In this document: piece after piece, positions 48,930-58,629 of the stretch
Position numbering within the stretch: position 1 is the stretch's first letter
Layout: every line of letters begins with the position of its first letter
NCBI GenBank assembly: GCA_016784445.1
Contig: JADHUR010000001.1
Coordinates: forward strand, 19,464-83,463
DNA length: 64,000 nt
Direction of reading: 5' to 3'
DNA from: Patescibacteria group bacterium
GTDB taxonomy: Bacteria; Patescibacteriota; Patescibacteriia; UBA1558
Notes under the pieces: generated by a model
Told to the model about the DNA's origin: nothing
The model's input: the letters and a program-made list of their open reading frames with translations, nothing else
Databases searched by the model: none
Made by a program: the position numbers and the translations under genes

Positions 48930-49783
48930 ATTAAATCTGGATTATTTATTAAATCATTAACATTAAATACAGGCCCATCTTTGCATATATATACATCATT
49001 CACTGCACAATGCTGACAAACACCAATACCACAATACATTCTTCTTTCCAGTGAAAAATATATATCTTCATCTGCAAATCCTAATTCCTGTAATTTTTTT
49101 ATAACCGGCTTATACATTGCAGGCGGCCCCACCATAAATACCGTTGAATCTTTATCTATATTATCTCCATTTAAAAGTTGAGTAATTACCCCCTTAACTA
49201 CCTTAGCATTTGCAACTGCAGTTGCCCTTTTAAGTCTATCTACTGAAATACCTAGCCTTATATCATTATTAACCCAATTAGCCATCTCATCTTGATACAT
49301 TAAATACTCTATTTCATTACTACCACATAATACCTGTACTGTATTTTCTTTAAAATATTTAGAACTAATTATATGTTCAATCTCACCTCTTATAGGAGCT
49401 ACCCCAGAACCACCAGCAATTAAAATAATATTTGGTTTTGCAAGTTTATTTAAATTTGGCCAACCATTACCAAATGGCCCCCTAAATGTTAATATATCTC
49501 CGACTTTTGAATCTACTAATTTCTTAGTTAAAAAACCAACCTGCTTAACAGTAACTTGCATATATTTAGACGACTTGTCCGAAGGAGAGCAGATATCTAA
49601 AGCACATTCACCTGCTCCTATAATACCAACCATTGCAAATTGCCCCTGTATAAAAGCATACTTCTTTTGAACTTTAGAATCTTCAAATTGCAGAGTAAAT
49701 AAAGCTGCATCATCTGCCACTGCTTTTATCTTTACTATTTTAACTCTTTGTGGTAAATATGGATCAATCATTTTTCTTCTCAA
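48926..49783 (-). CDS. hydG: Sulfhydrogenase gamma-like FAD/NAD(P)-binding 2Fe-2S subunit
   Basis: RGPFGNG, AGGSGVAP, GPPAM, CGIGVCQHC...CKDGP. Confidence 0.9.
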   Translation of the reverse strand: MRRKMIDPYLPQRVKIVKIKAVADDAALFTLQFEDSKVQKKYAFIQGQFAMVGIIGAGECALDICSPSDKSSKYMQVTVKQVGFLTKKLVDSKVGDILTFRGPFGNGWPNLNKLAKPNIILIAGGSGVAPIRGEIEHIISSKYFKENTVQVLCGSNEIEYLMYQDEMANWVNNDIRLGISVDRLKRATAVANAKVVKGVITQLLNGDNIDKDSTVFMVGPPAMYKPVIKKLQELGFADEDIYFSLERRMYCGIGVCQHCAVNDVYICKDGPVFNVNDLINNPDLI

Positions 49784-50759
49784 GCTTGTTTAATACTTCA
49801 ATTATATTTATTCCAACAGGACAAACTTTAAAACACCTCATACAACTAACACATCCTGGTACTTTATACTCTGCTGGTGTTCTACTAAATTTATGCTCAT
49901 ACCAAAAGAATAGTTTCTGTTTAACAGTATCTACAAATTTTTTACCGCCAGCCACTTGTGAAAACTCTGGATAAAAGCAATTACCCCAAACTCTTTTTTT
50001 AGAAACTGTATTGTCTGCACCAGCTTCATCTAATAGATCAAAACAAAAACATGTAGGACATGCTGTTGAACATTTACCACAAGCTGTACAAATCTTTGCA
50101 ATTTCATCCCAAACTGGATTATCTTCAGACCCCTTAACAATGGGCATTAACTTTAACATTCTTTGATCCGGACCCTCTTCTTGTATAAGACCAGCAAATT
50201 GAATATTTTCAAAGACATCAATGCCAGCACCTCTTAATACTTTTCTACCTTTAGCTGAACCAGAATATACTTTAAACTCACCTTCTTTATTTTTTTCTAA
50301 GAAAATATCGAAAGGAATATGTTCAAGTACATTCTCCACCTTATCCATTGAGAATATCTTATATTCCTCATAATCTGCTGGAGCGCCAGATGAAATACCA
50401 ACAACTAAACCATTTTCTCTTTTTGCTAAATAATATGGATCATTTGTAAACACTAAATCAAAAAGACCAAGTGCCTTTAAATCTAAAACATTCATGCCAT
50501 ATGCCGCCTTACCTTTTACTTTACTTAAATCTGGTTTAATTAATTTATCTTTCTTCCAAGAAAAAAGCTCTTCTTGGTCTGGCAAGAAAAGCTGCTTAAA
50601 AGTATTATCTGGAATACGACTAGAATAGTCTATATTATCAATATTATTTACACCCTTTACAATTAGTTCATCCTTAGAAAGAACTGGTGCATAAATATCG
50701 TATTGTTTAGCAATATATATTGCTAATTTATCTATCTCATTTTTTAGCATAAGTAGCAT
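49764..50759 (-). CDS. hydB: Sulfhydrogenase beta-like 4Fe-4S subunit (start may be 50750)
   Basis: CTACGKCSTACPTCFC and CVSCMRCFKVCP. Confidence 0.9.
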   Translation of the reverse strand: MLLMLKNEIDKLAIYIAKQYDIYAPVLSKDELIVKGVNNIDNIDYSSRIPDNTFKQLFLPDQEELFSWKKDKLIKPDLSKVKGKAAYGMNVLDLKALGLFDLVFTNDPYYLAKRENGLVVGISSGAPADYEEYKIFSMDKVENVLEHIPFDIFLEKNKEGEFKVYSGSAKGRKVLRGAGIDVFENIQFAGLIQEEGPDQRMLKLMPIVKGSEDNPVWDEIAKICTACGKCSTACPTCFCFDLLDEAGADNTVSKKRVWGNCFYPEFSQVAGGKKFVDTVKQKLFFWYEHKFSRTPAEYKVPGCVSCMRCFKVCPVGINIIEVLNKLEKKND

Positions 50760-50790
50760 TATTATACTAAAAAATGCTTATATTGTAAAT

Positions 50791-51357
50791 TTAATCTGAT
50801 TGCAAGAATTTCTGATAATCCAAGTCATTTCTAATAATTTCTTGAACTATATGCCCTCTCAACCAATTAGCCTTTGTTTTACCAGAAACAGAAGTCTTCC
50901 ATCTTAAATATCTTTCAATTCTTGGAGTAATTCGCCAAGTAAACTTAACAGATGGCGTGTCCCATCTAGAATCACCATTCTCAATTAAGTCTAAAAACTC
51001 CGACACCTTTGTCTTAATATTACAATCATTATAGTGTTTAACAATTAAAAACTTAGAAACATCTTTATTATTCTTTATAAATAACAATTCATCGGGCAGT
51101 GGTTGTCCCTTTTCAAGTAAATACAATATAGGACGCTTTTGAGAAATAGCTAAGGCAATTAAGTATCCCGCATCCTGATTATTCTCTCCTCCAGCTATAA
51201 TAAGCCCATCAAGTCTTGAAAAAGATATATTATTAGATATATTACTCTTGTCATTCTGAGTAAAAACAATTACGCCAAGATCAGACAAAACTCTATCGAT
51301 ATCAAATATCTTAGATTGAGAATTATTATTAATATTTGAACTTAAGAATAATTTCAT
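50791..51357 (-). CDS. NDT-like domain fused to a ribbon-helix-helix; putative regulator
   Basis: DGLII...AGYLIALAISQKRPILYL; C-terminal VKFTWRITPRIERYLRWKTSVSGKTKANWLR. Confidence 0.65.
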   Translation of the reverse strand: MKLFLSSNINNNSQSKIFDIDRVLSDLGVIVFTQNDKSNISNNISFSRLDGLIIAGGENNQDAGYLIALAISQKRPILYLLEKGQPLPDELLFIKNNKDVSKFLIVKHYNDCNIKTKVSEFLDLIENGDSRWDTPSVKFTWRITPRIERYLRWKTSVSGKTKANWLRGHIVQEIIRNDLDYQKFLQSD

Positions 51358-52271
51358 TGTTTTATAGTAAATATCTTTTTAAATTCCATAGTAGACTTAG
51401 ACTGTGCCAAACACCACATCGTTCTAATTATCATCATCTCCCAAGACATTAGTGATGTAATAATATAATTACTAGGTAGTGGATTTTCTCTTACTATCCC
51501 AAGTCTGTTATATATTATAATTGGTTTATTCCTAAAGTTTTCTTTAAGCCATAAAATATCATTATCCAGAAGTCCGTCTGTATGAATACTTTTAATTATT
51601 AAAGCTTTACTCTTTTTTAAAACAGCTTTATGTTTATCCCAAGCAAAACCAGGGTGTAAATAAAATACAGATAAATTATTATTAAACTTATTTATAAACT
51701 CAACATCTCTATTTTTCTTCTTTGGCTTGGCAAGTAATTCTAAACTAAAATCTACTGTTGCAATATATTCTCCTGTTAAGCTATCAAATGAATTTAAATG
51801 TGAGACACTTACCTTTCTAGCAAGAGAAGCCTGTATGGCTTTCTGTCCATAGACTAACATCACGTCACTAATATTACTGTTTATAAGCTGCAAGGCATTT
51901 ATTAAATTAGTCTTTAATGATAAATCAGATAATTTTTTAAACTTAAAACCACCGCCTGAAAGTAATGCGGTGGTAAATACTATTGGTTTATAATTTTTAA
52001 TAAAGGCTGTATCTGTAGCTACTGCTGAGTATATTAAATTATCTCCCTTAGCAACAATCACAAACCCATCATATCTATCATAATTACTATATATTGTATC
52101 ATTTATAGCAAGCCAAGACTCCAATTGAGAACTGCCTGTTTTAATATGTAATGGTAATGTTACTATCTCAGCTAGAAGGTCTAGTTCGGGCATTTTAGAG
52201 GCTATTAAATCAGCCTGCTGCAGGCTATTTCTCATATCTAAATAGATTATTAATACCCTATTCTTAGCCAT
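51354..52271 (-). CDS. Asparaginase-fold protein, catalytic motifs lost
   Basis: YDRYDGFVIV, KPIVFT, NLINA, ARKVS, YLHPG; lacks GGT and HGTDT. Confidence 0.75.
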   Translation of the reverse strand: MAKNRVLIIYLDMRNSLQQADLIASKMPELDLLAEIVTLPLHIKTGSSQLESWLAINDTIYSNYDRYDGFVIVAKGDNLIYSAVATDTAFIKNYKPIVFTTALLSGGGFKFKKLSDLSLKTNLINALQLINSNISDVMLVYGQKAIQASLARKVSVSHLNSFDSLTGEYIATVDFSLELLAKPKKKNRDVEFINKFNNNLSVFYLHPGFAWDKHKAVLKKSKALIIKSIHTDGLLDNDILWLKENFRNKPIIIYNRLGIVRENPLPSNYIITSLMSWEMMIIRTMWCLAQSKSTMEFKKIFTIKQ

Positions 52272-52409
52272 TTTATTGAATTGTACCCTTTTTAATATTA
52301 AGCGACGGCGCTTATATTCACGACGGCTTAATAAAGCAACTTAGCACCAGTTAAATATATTGTCAAGTATAAAGGTAAAATAAAAACCCTTTTAATATAA
52401 AGGGTTAAT

Positions 52410-52432
52410 ATGGTTCGGAGGCAGGGATTCGA
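52410..52432 (-). repeat. att-like direct repeat of the tRNA-Gln 3' end
   Basis: ATGGTTCGGAGGCAGGGATTCGA identical to 53468-53490. Confidence 0.95.
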
Positions 52433-52451
52433 TGTCAAGAAGCAGTAAATA

Positions 52452-53396
52452 CTAACCAGTCTGCTTAAAAACTCTCATCCAATTATCATAGAATATTTTC
52501 TTAACAAGCTTCCTATCTAATCTTTTAAGTAAATACTCTTCTATTCCGTTTAAAACTAATACATCTTTATGGCCACCCAAGAATGGATACTCTTTTAAGG
52601 GATAAATATCTGAACTAATTGCAATACAATCTTCCCCCCATTTATTTAAGATATATTCTATATGATTATAGAACTCATCAAAACTTCCCTTGTCTCCGAC
52701 ATCTTCAGAAAGAGGAAATAAAGATATAACTCCTCCTCTATCAACAATCAATTGGATTTCTTGATCAGTTAAATTATGTACTGAATTATGAACAGAACGA
52801 ACATTTCCGTGTGTAGAAACAATCATACCATTGAAATTTTTAGCTACATCTACCACAGATTTTTCACTCAAATGAGCAATATCAATAATTAATGATTTAT
52901 CATTCATTCTTTCTAGTACATCAAATCCTTTTTGACTGATTCCTTTATCTTTTTTTGAACCTCTTCCGCAAGCATAATCATTGTCATCTTCCCAAGATAA
53001 ACCAAAAATCCTTACTCCTAAATTATAAAAATAGTCAAAATCATCTGGACTGCGAAAACACTGAAGTCCCTCAATAGTATAAATACAAGAAATATCATTT
53101 GATTTTTCATCTATCTCACTAAATTCAGCAATAGATTTAATTGCCGGACTAAGAGAAAAAAGATTTTCACACCAATAATAAAAACTAGTAACTCCATCAT
53201 AAAAGCTTGTTTTAAGAAAATCCTTATCAAAATACAAAGACACTCCTAAAACCTTAACTCCTGCTTCTTTAAGTTTTTCTAAAGAAACTGGCAAATCCTT
53301 CTTAGAATAAAAATCATTCTGACTATACTTAAAATGTTTAAATATATCTGCTATATCTATATGAGTGTCAATTTTCTGAATTCTATTATTTTTCAT
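52452..53396 (-). CDS. Membrane dipeptidase (M19) / amidohydrolase family
   Basis: DTHID, IEG, LGVRIFGLSW, DIAHLS, STHGN, SSD. Confidence 0.85.
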   Translation of the reverse strand: MKNNRIQKIDTHIDIADIFKHFKYSQNDFYSKKDLPVSLEKLKEAGVKVLGVSLYFDKDFLKTSFYDGVTSFYYWCENLFSLSPAIKSIAEFSEIDEKSNDISCIYTIEGLQCFRSPDDFDYFYNLGVRIFGLSWEDDNDYACGRGSKKDKGISQKGFDVLERMNDKSLIIDIAHLSEKSVVDVAKNFNGMIVSTHGNVRSVHNSVHNLTDQEIQLIVDRGGVISLFPLSEDVGDKGSFDEFYNHIEYILNKWGEDCIAISSDIYPLKEYPFLGGHKDVLVLNGIEEYLLKRLDRKLVKKIFYDNWMRVFKQTG

Positions 53397-53468
53397 AAAT
53401 ATACAATATTTATTTAATATATAATTATAATATCAAAAAACCACCTATTTTCATAGATGACCTTTTAA

Positions 53469-53542
53469 TGGTTCGGAGGCAGGGATTCGAACCCCAATTG
53501 GCTGGACCAGAACCAGCAGTCCTACCATTAGACGACCTCCGA
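53469..53542 (-). tRNA. tRNA-Gln(CTG)
   Basis: TCGGAGG...GCTGG-TTCTGGT-CCAGC...GGTTCGAATCC...CCTCCGAACCA. Confidence 0.97.
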
Positions 53543-53554
53543 TCGTTAAACATT

Positions 53555-55204
53555 TTAACTGAAAGCTGTTGCTACGTCAACTTTTACATCCTGATCAATA
53601 GGTTTTTCTTGAATCGAATTAGTTTGATCACCTTCAGGTGGTAATTCTTCAATGAATACTTCCCAAACTACTCTTTTCTCATAATCTTTATCTACAATTC
53701 CTTGAACAGTTACCTTCTCGCCAATATGATTACTAATTATTTCTTCCAAGGCGTGCTTTTTAGAGCTATCTTCTAAGACTTCACCATGAAAAGAATACTG
53801 AAAGCCAAAAGTAAATAAACCATTCTCATAACTTACTGGCCTTGCTACCTTCATCAAAGCAGACAAAGAATTATTATATTTCTTAACTTCAATTAAAATG
53901 TCCAGCCACTTGGGCTGGATATCATCTAACTTTAATTTAGATATATTAGCGGGCGGCGACTCAAATACTTTTTCACTTTTTATCTCAGGTTCTTCCTTAG
54001 ATTCCTCTTTAGGAACTTCTTCTTTCTTATCTTCCTTGGGAGTTTCCTTAGGAGGCTTAACAGTAGTATCTGGTTTTGACTGATCATCATTTATAGAAAT
54101 ATTTTCACCCTGACACATAATTACAATAGCAAGTTCTATTGGTAAATGTGGAATTGAAGATAATTTAATTTGTTGAAACTTAGCAAGTAATGTATCTATC
54201 ATAAATACTAAATGATCAGCAGTGATTTTCTCTGTCTGATTAGTCATATTTTTCTGAACTTCTTTATCGAAATTTTGTTGTAATATTCTATTGTCTGCAG
54301 CTAATTTAAATAATAATAACTGCCTTAAATAGTCTATCCAGTCCATAGTTAGCTGATTTAAATCAATTCCTTCCATTAATGATTGATTTAATAGATTCAC
54401 GCCATCAGCTGCTGACTTTTTTATAATATATTCTGTTAAGGATGAAACGATCTTAATATCTGATCTTGGCAGGACAAGTGATGCTTGATCAAAAGTAATT
54501 TTTTTATCAGATAATGTTAATACTTGCCCCAAAACACTTAATGCATCTCTTGCTCCACCTTCTGCTTGTTTAGCAATAGCCTGAAGTACATCATTACTCA
54601 CTTCATATTTTTCTGATATACAAATACCCTCCATCCATTTAACCAAATCTGCAGTTGCAATACGATGATAATCAAATCTCTGACACCTTGAAATTATTGT
54701 TTCAGGAACTTTATGAATTTCTGTAGTAGCTAAAATAAAAAGAACCTTAGCTGGTGGTTCTTCTAATGTTTTAAGTAATGCATTAAATGAAGCAGTAGAT
54801 AACATATGCACCTCATCTATAATGAAAACCTTTGTCTTACCGGAACTTGCAGATATTCTAGAGGCTGCAATAATATTCTCTCTTGTTTGATCTACCTTAG
54901 TTTGAGAAGCAGCATCTATCTCTACCATGGATAATGATTTACCTTCATCTACTTCTTTACATGCATCACATTTATTACACGGCTCAGACTCATTGTCTTT
55001 TCTATTCTCACAATTAACAGCCTTAGCAAGTATTCTGGCAATAGTAGTCTTACCAATGCCTCTAGGTCCATTAAATAAATAAGCGTGAGCTAGCTTATTA
55101 CTTGCTATCTCATTTTGCAGAGTAATCTTAATATGATTCTGATTGACTACATCAGCAAAAGATAGGGGTCTATACTTATTATATAATGTTTGTTTTGATT
55201 GCAT
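53555..55204 (-). CDS. dnaX: DNA polymerase III subunit gamma/tau
   Basis: LYNKYRP, GPRGIGKTT, IIDEVHML, FNALLKTLEEPP, SRCQ; start moved to MQSKQ. Confidence 0.97.
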   Translation of the reverse strand: MQSKQTLYNKYRPLSFADVVNQNHIKITLQNEIASNKLAHAYLFNGPRGIGKTTIARILAKAVNCENRKDNESEPCNKCDACKEVDEGKSLSMVEIDAASQTKVDQTRENIIAASRISASSGKTKVFIIDEVHMLSTASFNALLKTLEEPPAKVLFILATTEIHKVPETIISRCQRFDYHRIATADLVKWMEGICISEKYEVSNDVLQAIAKQAEGGARDALSVLGQVLTLSDKKITFDQASLVLPRSDIKIVSSLTEYIIKKSAADGVNLLNQSLMEGIDLNQLTMDWIDYLRQLLLFKLAADNRILQQNFDKEVQKNMTNQTEKITADHLVFMIDTLLAKFQQIKLSSIPHLPIELAIVIMCQGENISINDDQSKPDTTVKPPKETPKEDKKEEVPKEESKEEPEIKSEKVFESPPANISKLKLDDIQPKWLDILIEVKKYNNSLSALMKVARPVSYENGLFTFGFQYSFHGEVLEDSSKKHALEEIISNHIGEKVTVQGIVDKDYEKRVVWEVFIEELPPEGDQTNSIQEKPIDQDVKVDVATAFS

Positions 55205-55250
55205 AAATTGAAAATTAGCATTGGTATTGTAGCAAATATTTAGCAAAAAT

Positions 55251-55274
55251 AAAAGCCGGGAAAATCCCGGCTTT
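55251..55274 (-). terminator. Intrinsic terminator
   Basis: AAAGCCGGGA...TCCCGGCTTT. Confidence 0.75.
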
Positions 55275-55294
55275 AAATATACAATTTATTGAAT

Positions 55295-55867
55295 TTATGA
55301 ACTGGAACTTTTAATAACATTTTCAATAGCCGCCCATTGACTCTCTGTATCTTTTGGTACCAAAATTACGGCTTCTTCACCTTCACTACCGTGGAAATAT
55401 GTTACTGCTGCTACTATTACCTTAAACATCTTATTGCCAACCATTACTCCATAATTACCTTCGGCGTCTTTAATAAGTCTACCAACCTTTCTATCTCTAT
55501 CTACCGGTCCAATTTGTTTATATATAAATGATCCGTCACCACTTATTCTTAACTTTAAAATATCTCCTTCAACAAGTTTAGATTTTGAAATATAATTTGC
55601 AGGTATTGAATAATGCTTACCATCTGGTCCGATCATCTGTTGACCATCAAATACACCTTCTACAACCTTTTCATCTTCTGTTATCTCTTCACTTAAATCT
55701 TTAAGCTTTGGAGAAAAGTCTGGGCTACGTCCGGTAATAAGTCCTGCTTTAGATAGTTCAAGTTTTATTCTTTGCAGTTCTGTTTCAATTTTATCCAATG
55801 TTAATTGAATACCTGAAACTGCATCTTGATCTATGTCCTGATTGTTTTGTTTTAATTCTTCTTCCAT
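55295..55867 (-). CDS. Hypothetical protein (coiled-coil N-terminus, beta-rich C-terminus)
   Basis: EGVFDGQQMIGPDGKHYSIPANYISKSKLVEGD...YKQIGP; recalled as a CPR-conserved family. Confidence 0.75.
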   Translation of the reverse strand: MEEELKQNNQDIDQDAVSGIQLTLDKIETELQRIKLELSKAGLITGRSPDFSPKLKDLSEEITEDEKVVEGVFDGQQMIGPDGKHYSIPANYISKSKLVEGDILKLRISGDGSFIYKQIGPVDRDRKVGRLIKDAEGNYGVMVGNKMFKVIVAAVTYFHGSEGEEAVILVPKDTESQWAAIENVIKSSSS

Positions 55868-56023
55868 AATTTTATTGTTTTATTTTAGTTTTAATTTTAT
55901 TTGATTTTTGTTTTATTTCAACATAAGTATATATTATTTTCAAGAAATAAGAAAAGGGCTTTTATCAGCTAAAAATGACCTATTTTTTAATATATTATTA
56001 TTTATTTTAAAATAAACAAAAAA

Positions 56024-56075
56024 TGTGGATAAATGTACCCACATTATTAACAACTTAATTAAGCTCTTATACACA
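56024..56075. promoter_or_regulatory. DnaA-box cluster
   Basis: TGTGGATAA (56024-56032), TTATACACA (56067-56075), degenerate copies between. Confidence 0.65.
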
Positions 56076-56076
56076 A

Positions 56077-58629
56077 TTACATAATTTTTTCCGGAGCAGA
56101 TGATAGCTTTGTACCCATCTGTGCTCTCTTCTTAATGTCCGCTTCAACCTGTTCACGAGGTCTACCATACTTTAATCTAGACAACTGTATAACAGCATCT
56201 GCCATCTCTTGTTTACCCTGTGGCTCTCTATCGAATGAAATATTGAATGCTGGTGGATTAGCATTGTCTATTAATAATTTAGCATAGGCTGTATATTTTG
56301 GAACATTAACAACATCATATTGATCAAATACTGGGGCAAATTGTTTAGATAAAATCTCTGCATCATCTACACCAACTCTATATGCAATAGTTGTACCAAC
56401 ATTACCAAAGACTGCATCACGAATCGTTGTATCATTATTTTTAGTAAGCTGGCCAATATATTGATGAGCAATAATTAAATTGAGTTTATACTTTCTAGCC
56501 TCAGATAAAATGATTGCAATACTATCTGTTGTGAAGTTTTGAAACTCATCAATGTATAAATAGAAATCTTTTCTCTTATCTTCGTCCATATCTACTCTAG
56601 ATAAAGATGCTAGTAATATCTTACCCACAATAATCATACCAAGTAGGCTTGAGTTAATGTCTCCAAGCTTTCCTTTTGTTAAATTAACAATAAATATTTT
56701 ACCTTCATCCATTGCCTTCCTAAAATCTATACTGCTAGTTTGCTGAGCAATAATAGGTCGCATAAGATCATTAGCTATAAATGGTGTTAGCTTACTGGTA
56801 ATATATGGAACCATATTAGCAAGTGCTGCTTCACCACCAGCTTTTTGTGCTTCTTTTTCCCAAAAATCCTTTACACTTTGATTATTACATTTACTCAATT
56901 TTAAAGCTCTGAAATCTTCATCAGCAAGTACTCTAGGTATTTCCATTAAAGTCATACCAGATTCTGGATCATCCATGATAAGAAGTAATGCATTACGCAT
57001 ATACTGTTCAAACATTGGTCCACCAGTTGCTTTTAAGTCATAAAGTTTATCAAATATAGAAAGTAATTCATTAACAACAAATGTTTTTTGTTCTGGACTA
57101 CTATACTCAAGCATATTAAGAGACATTGGTCTTTCTGTATCCATTGGATTGAAATAGATAACATCCTCTGCTCTTTCTTTAGGAATATTTTTTAACATGT
57201 CCAGTGCAAAATCTCCATGAGGATCTATAACACAACAACCTTCGCCATTTTGCATATCCTGAATCATCATATTTTTCATAACTGTAGACTTACCAACACC
57301 AGTTTGACCAATAATATATACATGACGTCTTCTGTCTGCTCTCTTCATTCTCACTTCTCTTGTAATACCCCTATACTCGCTCTTACCAAGTATAATACCT
57401 TCATTAGGTAAGTTTACAGGCGGCGCTGCTTTCCTAGCTCCCAGCCAACGAATATTAGGTGTAGCATTATTAAAAAGAGGCATATGCCATAAAGAAACAG
57501 CTTCCTCTGTATTCATGATCATCTTATAATTCTCGTCAAAGTTACGATAAATATAATCATGTATAATCTGATTACGCTTTGATTCTTTCTTTGGTTGCCA
57601 TATCTTAAAACTATTCCCCTGTTGAAACATACTAAATTGACTAAATGAATTTAACATATCATTTAATTTAGCATTTGCTACCTGTTCTGAATTAGCAGAT
57701 ACAATAACTCTTAAATTTACATCCAGTCCAGCCTTTGCAGATTTTTCCTCAATATTTTTAATAAGTTCTTGTTCCATTGGAGAAATTTGCCTCATTGGTG
57801 GTCTGTCCATTCCATCGCTTCCAGCTGACTCTCTTGTTGCCTTAAGTAGATTTAAAATAAAATTAAATAATTTACCAGCTTTAGAACCAAAGCCAACAGA
57901 TTGCATAGCCTGACTTAAAGACTTTCCCTGTTGCATTGTACTAGCCACCTTATTACCCATATAATGCCATCTTCTATGTGCAGAACGAATAATAAGCTGA
58001 ACGGCAGCTCCTTCTGTTTCATCGATTTTACCCAAACTTGTAGTTATAATATTAAGAGGATCATTCTCAAGTTTTAAATATGTCTTAATTGGAAATATAT
58101 ATTCTCTCTTAAACTTTAGAACAGCAGCTGCAATATGACTTTGCGCCTGAAAAATATTATAATCCTCTATTGTATCAATATTTATATGTGGGTAAATAGC
58201 ATGTAATTGCTGAGTAACAAAATCCTTATTTATCTCAGGCACAGCTAAATAGAATTCAATCATCCCTTTATTTGCTACCATTTCCATTGCAAATACATCT
58301 GTTCTACCATAAAGCCAGGCCTTAAATCCACGCTGCGCATCAAGACCACCTAAAGTTGAGAATAAATTCTCGGCCATAGATATTGCTTCATGGTTCTTTT
58401 GAATTGTCTCTTCCCCATCCTTATCCTTACTAATTTTAGGTATAGTTAAGGCAAGTACAATTGGTTTCCATTCCTCTGGAAATTTATTATTTTTTCTAAT
58501 ATATTTAAGAATCTGTTTGAATATAATCCACGAAACGATTAATACTACAATTAAAATAGCAAGTCCAATGAAATAGTTTGGATTAATTTCAACATTTATT
58601 TGATTCTCTGGTACTGCAATAGGATTCAT
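56077..58629 (-). CDS. VirB4/TraG/HerA-like membrane-anchored ATPase
   Basis: N-terminal TM; GQTGVGKS, IDPHGD, YIDEFQNF, SEARKYKL, GNVGT. Confidence 0.9.
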   Translation of the reverse strand: MNPIAVPENQINVEINPNYFIGLAILIVVLIVSWIIFKQILKYIRKNNKFPEEWKPIVLALTIPKISKDKDGEETIQKNHEAISMAENLFSTLGGLDAQRGFKAWLYGRTDVFAMEMVANKGMIEFYLAVPEINKDFVTQQLHAIYPHINIDTIEDYNIFQAQSHIAAAVLKFKREYIFPIKTYLKLENDPLNIITTSLGKIDETEGAAVQLIIRSAHRRWHYMGNKVASTMQQGKSLSQAMQSVGFGSKAGKLFNFILNLLKATRESAGSDGMDRPPMRQISPMEQELIKNIEEKSAKAGLDVNLRVIVSANSEQVANAKLNDMLNSFSQFSMFQQGNSFKIWQPKKESKRNQIIHDYIYRNFDENYKMIMNTEEAVSLWHMPLFNNATPNIRWLGARKAAPPVNLPNEGIILGKSEYRGITREVRMKRADRRRHVYIIGQTGVGKSTVMKNMMIQDMQNGEGCCVIDPHGDFALDMLKNIPKERAEDVIYFNPMDTERPMSLNMLEYSSPEQKTFVVNELLSIFDKLYDLKATGGPMFEQYMRNALLLIMDDPESGMTLMEIPRVLADEDFRALKLSKCNNQSVKDFWEKEAQKAGGEAALANMVPYITSKLTPFIANDLMRPIIAQQTSSIDFRKAMDEGKIFIVNLTKGKLGDINSSLLGMIIVGKILLASLSRVDMDEDKRKDFYLYIDEFQNFTTDSIAIILSEARKYKLNLIIAHQYIGQLTKNNDTTIRDAVFGNVGTTIAYRVGVDDAEILSKQFAPVFDQYDVVNVPKYTAYAKLLIDNANPPAFNISFDREPQGKQEMADAVIQLSRLKYGRPREQVEADIKKRAQMGTKLSSAPEKIM

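Larger units (their letters stand above)
52410..53490. mobile_element. Integrase-less islet (about 1.06 kb) at tRNA-Gln
   Basis: Bounded by the 23-bp tRNA 3' repeat; one cargo gene. Confidence 0.7.

Noticed and set aside
55868-56076. Replication origin
   Set aside because: No dnaA/dnaN nearby and no visible switch in gene orientation or C/G bias; kept only as a DnaA-box cluster.
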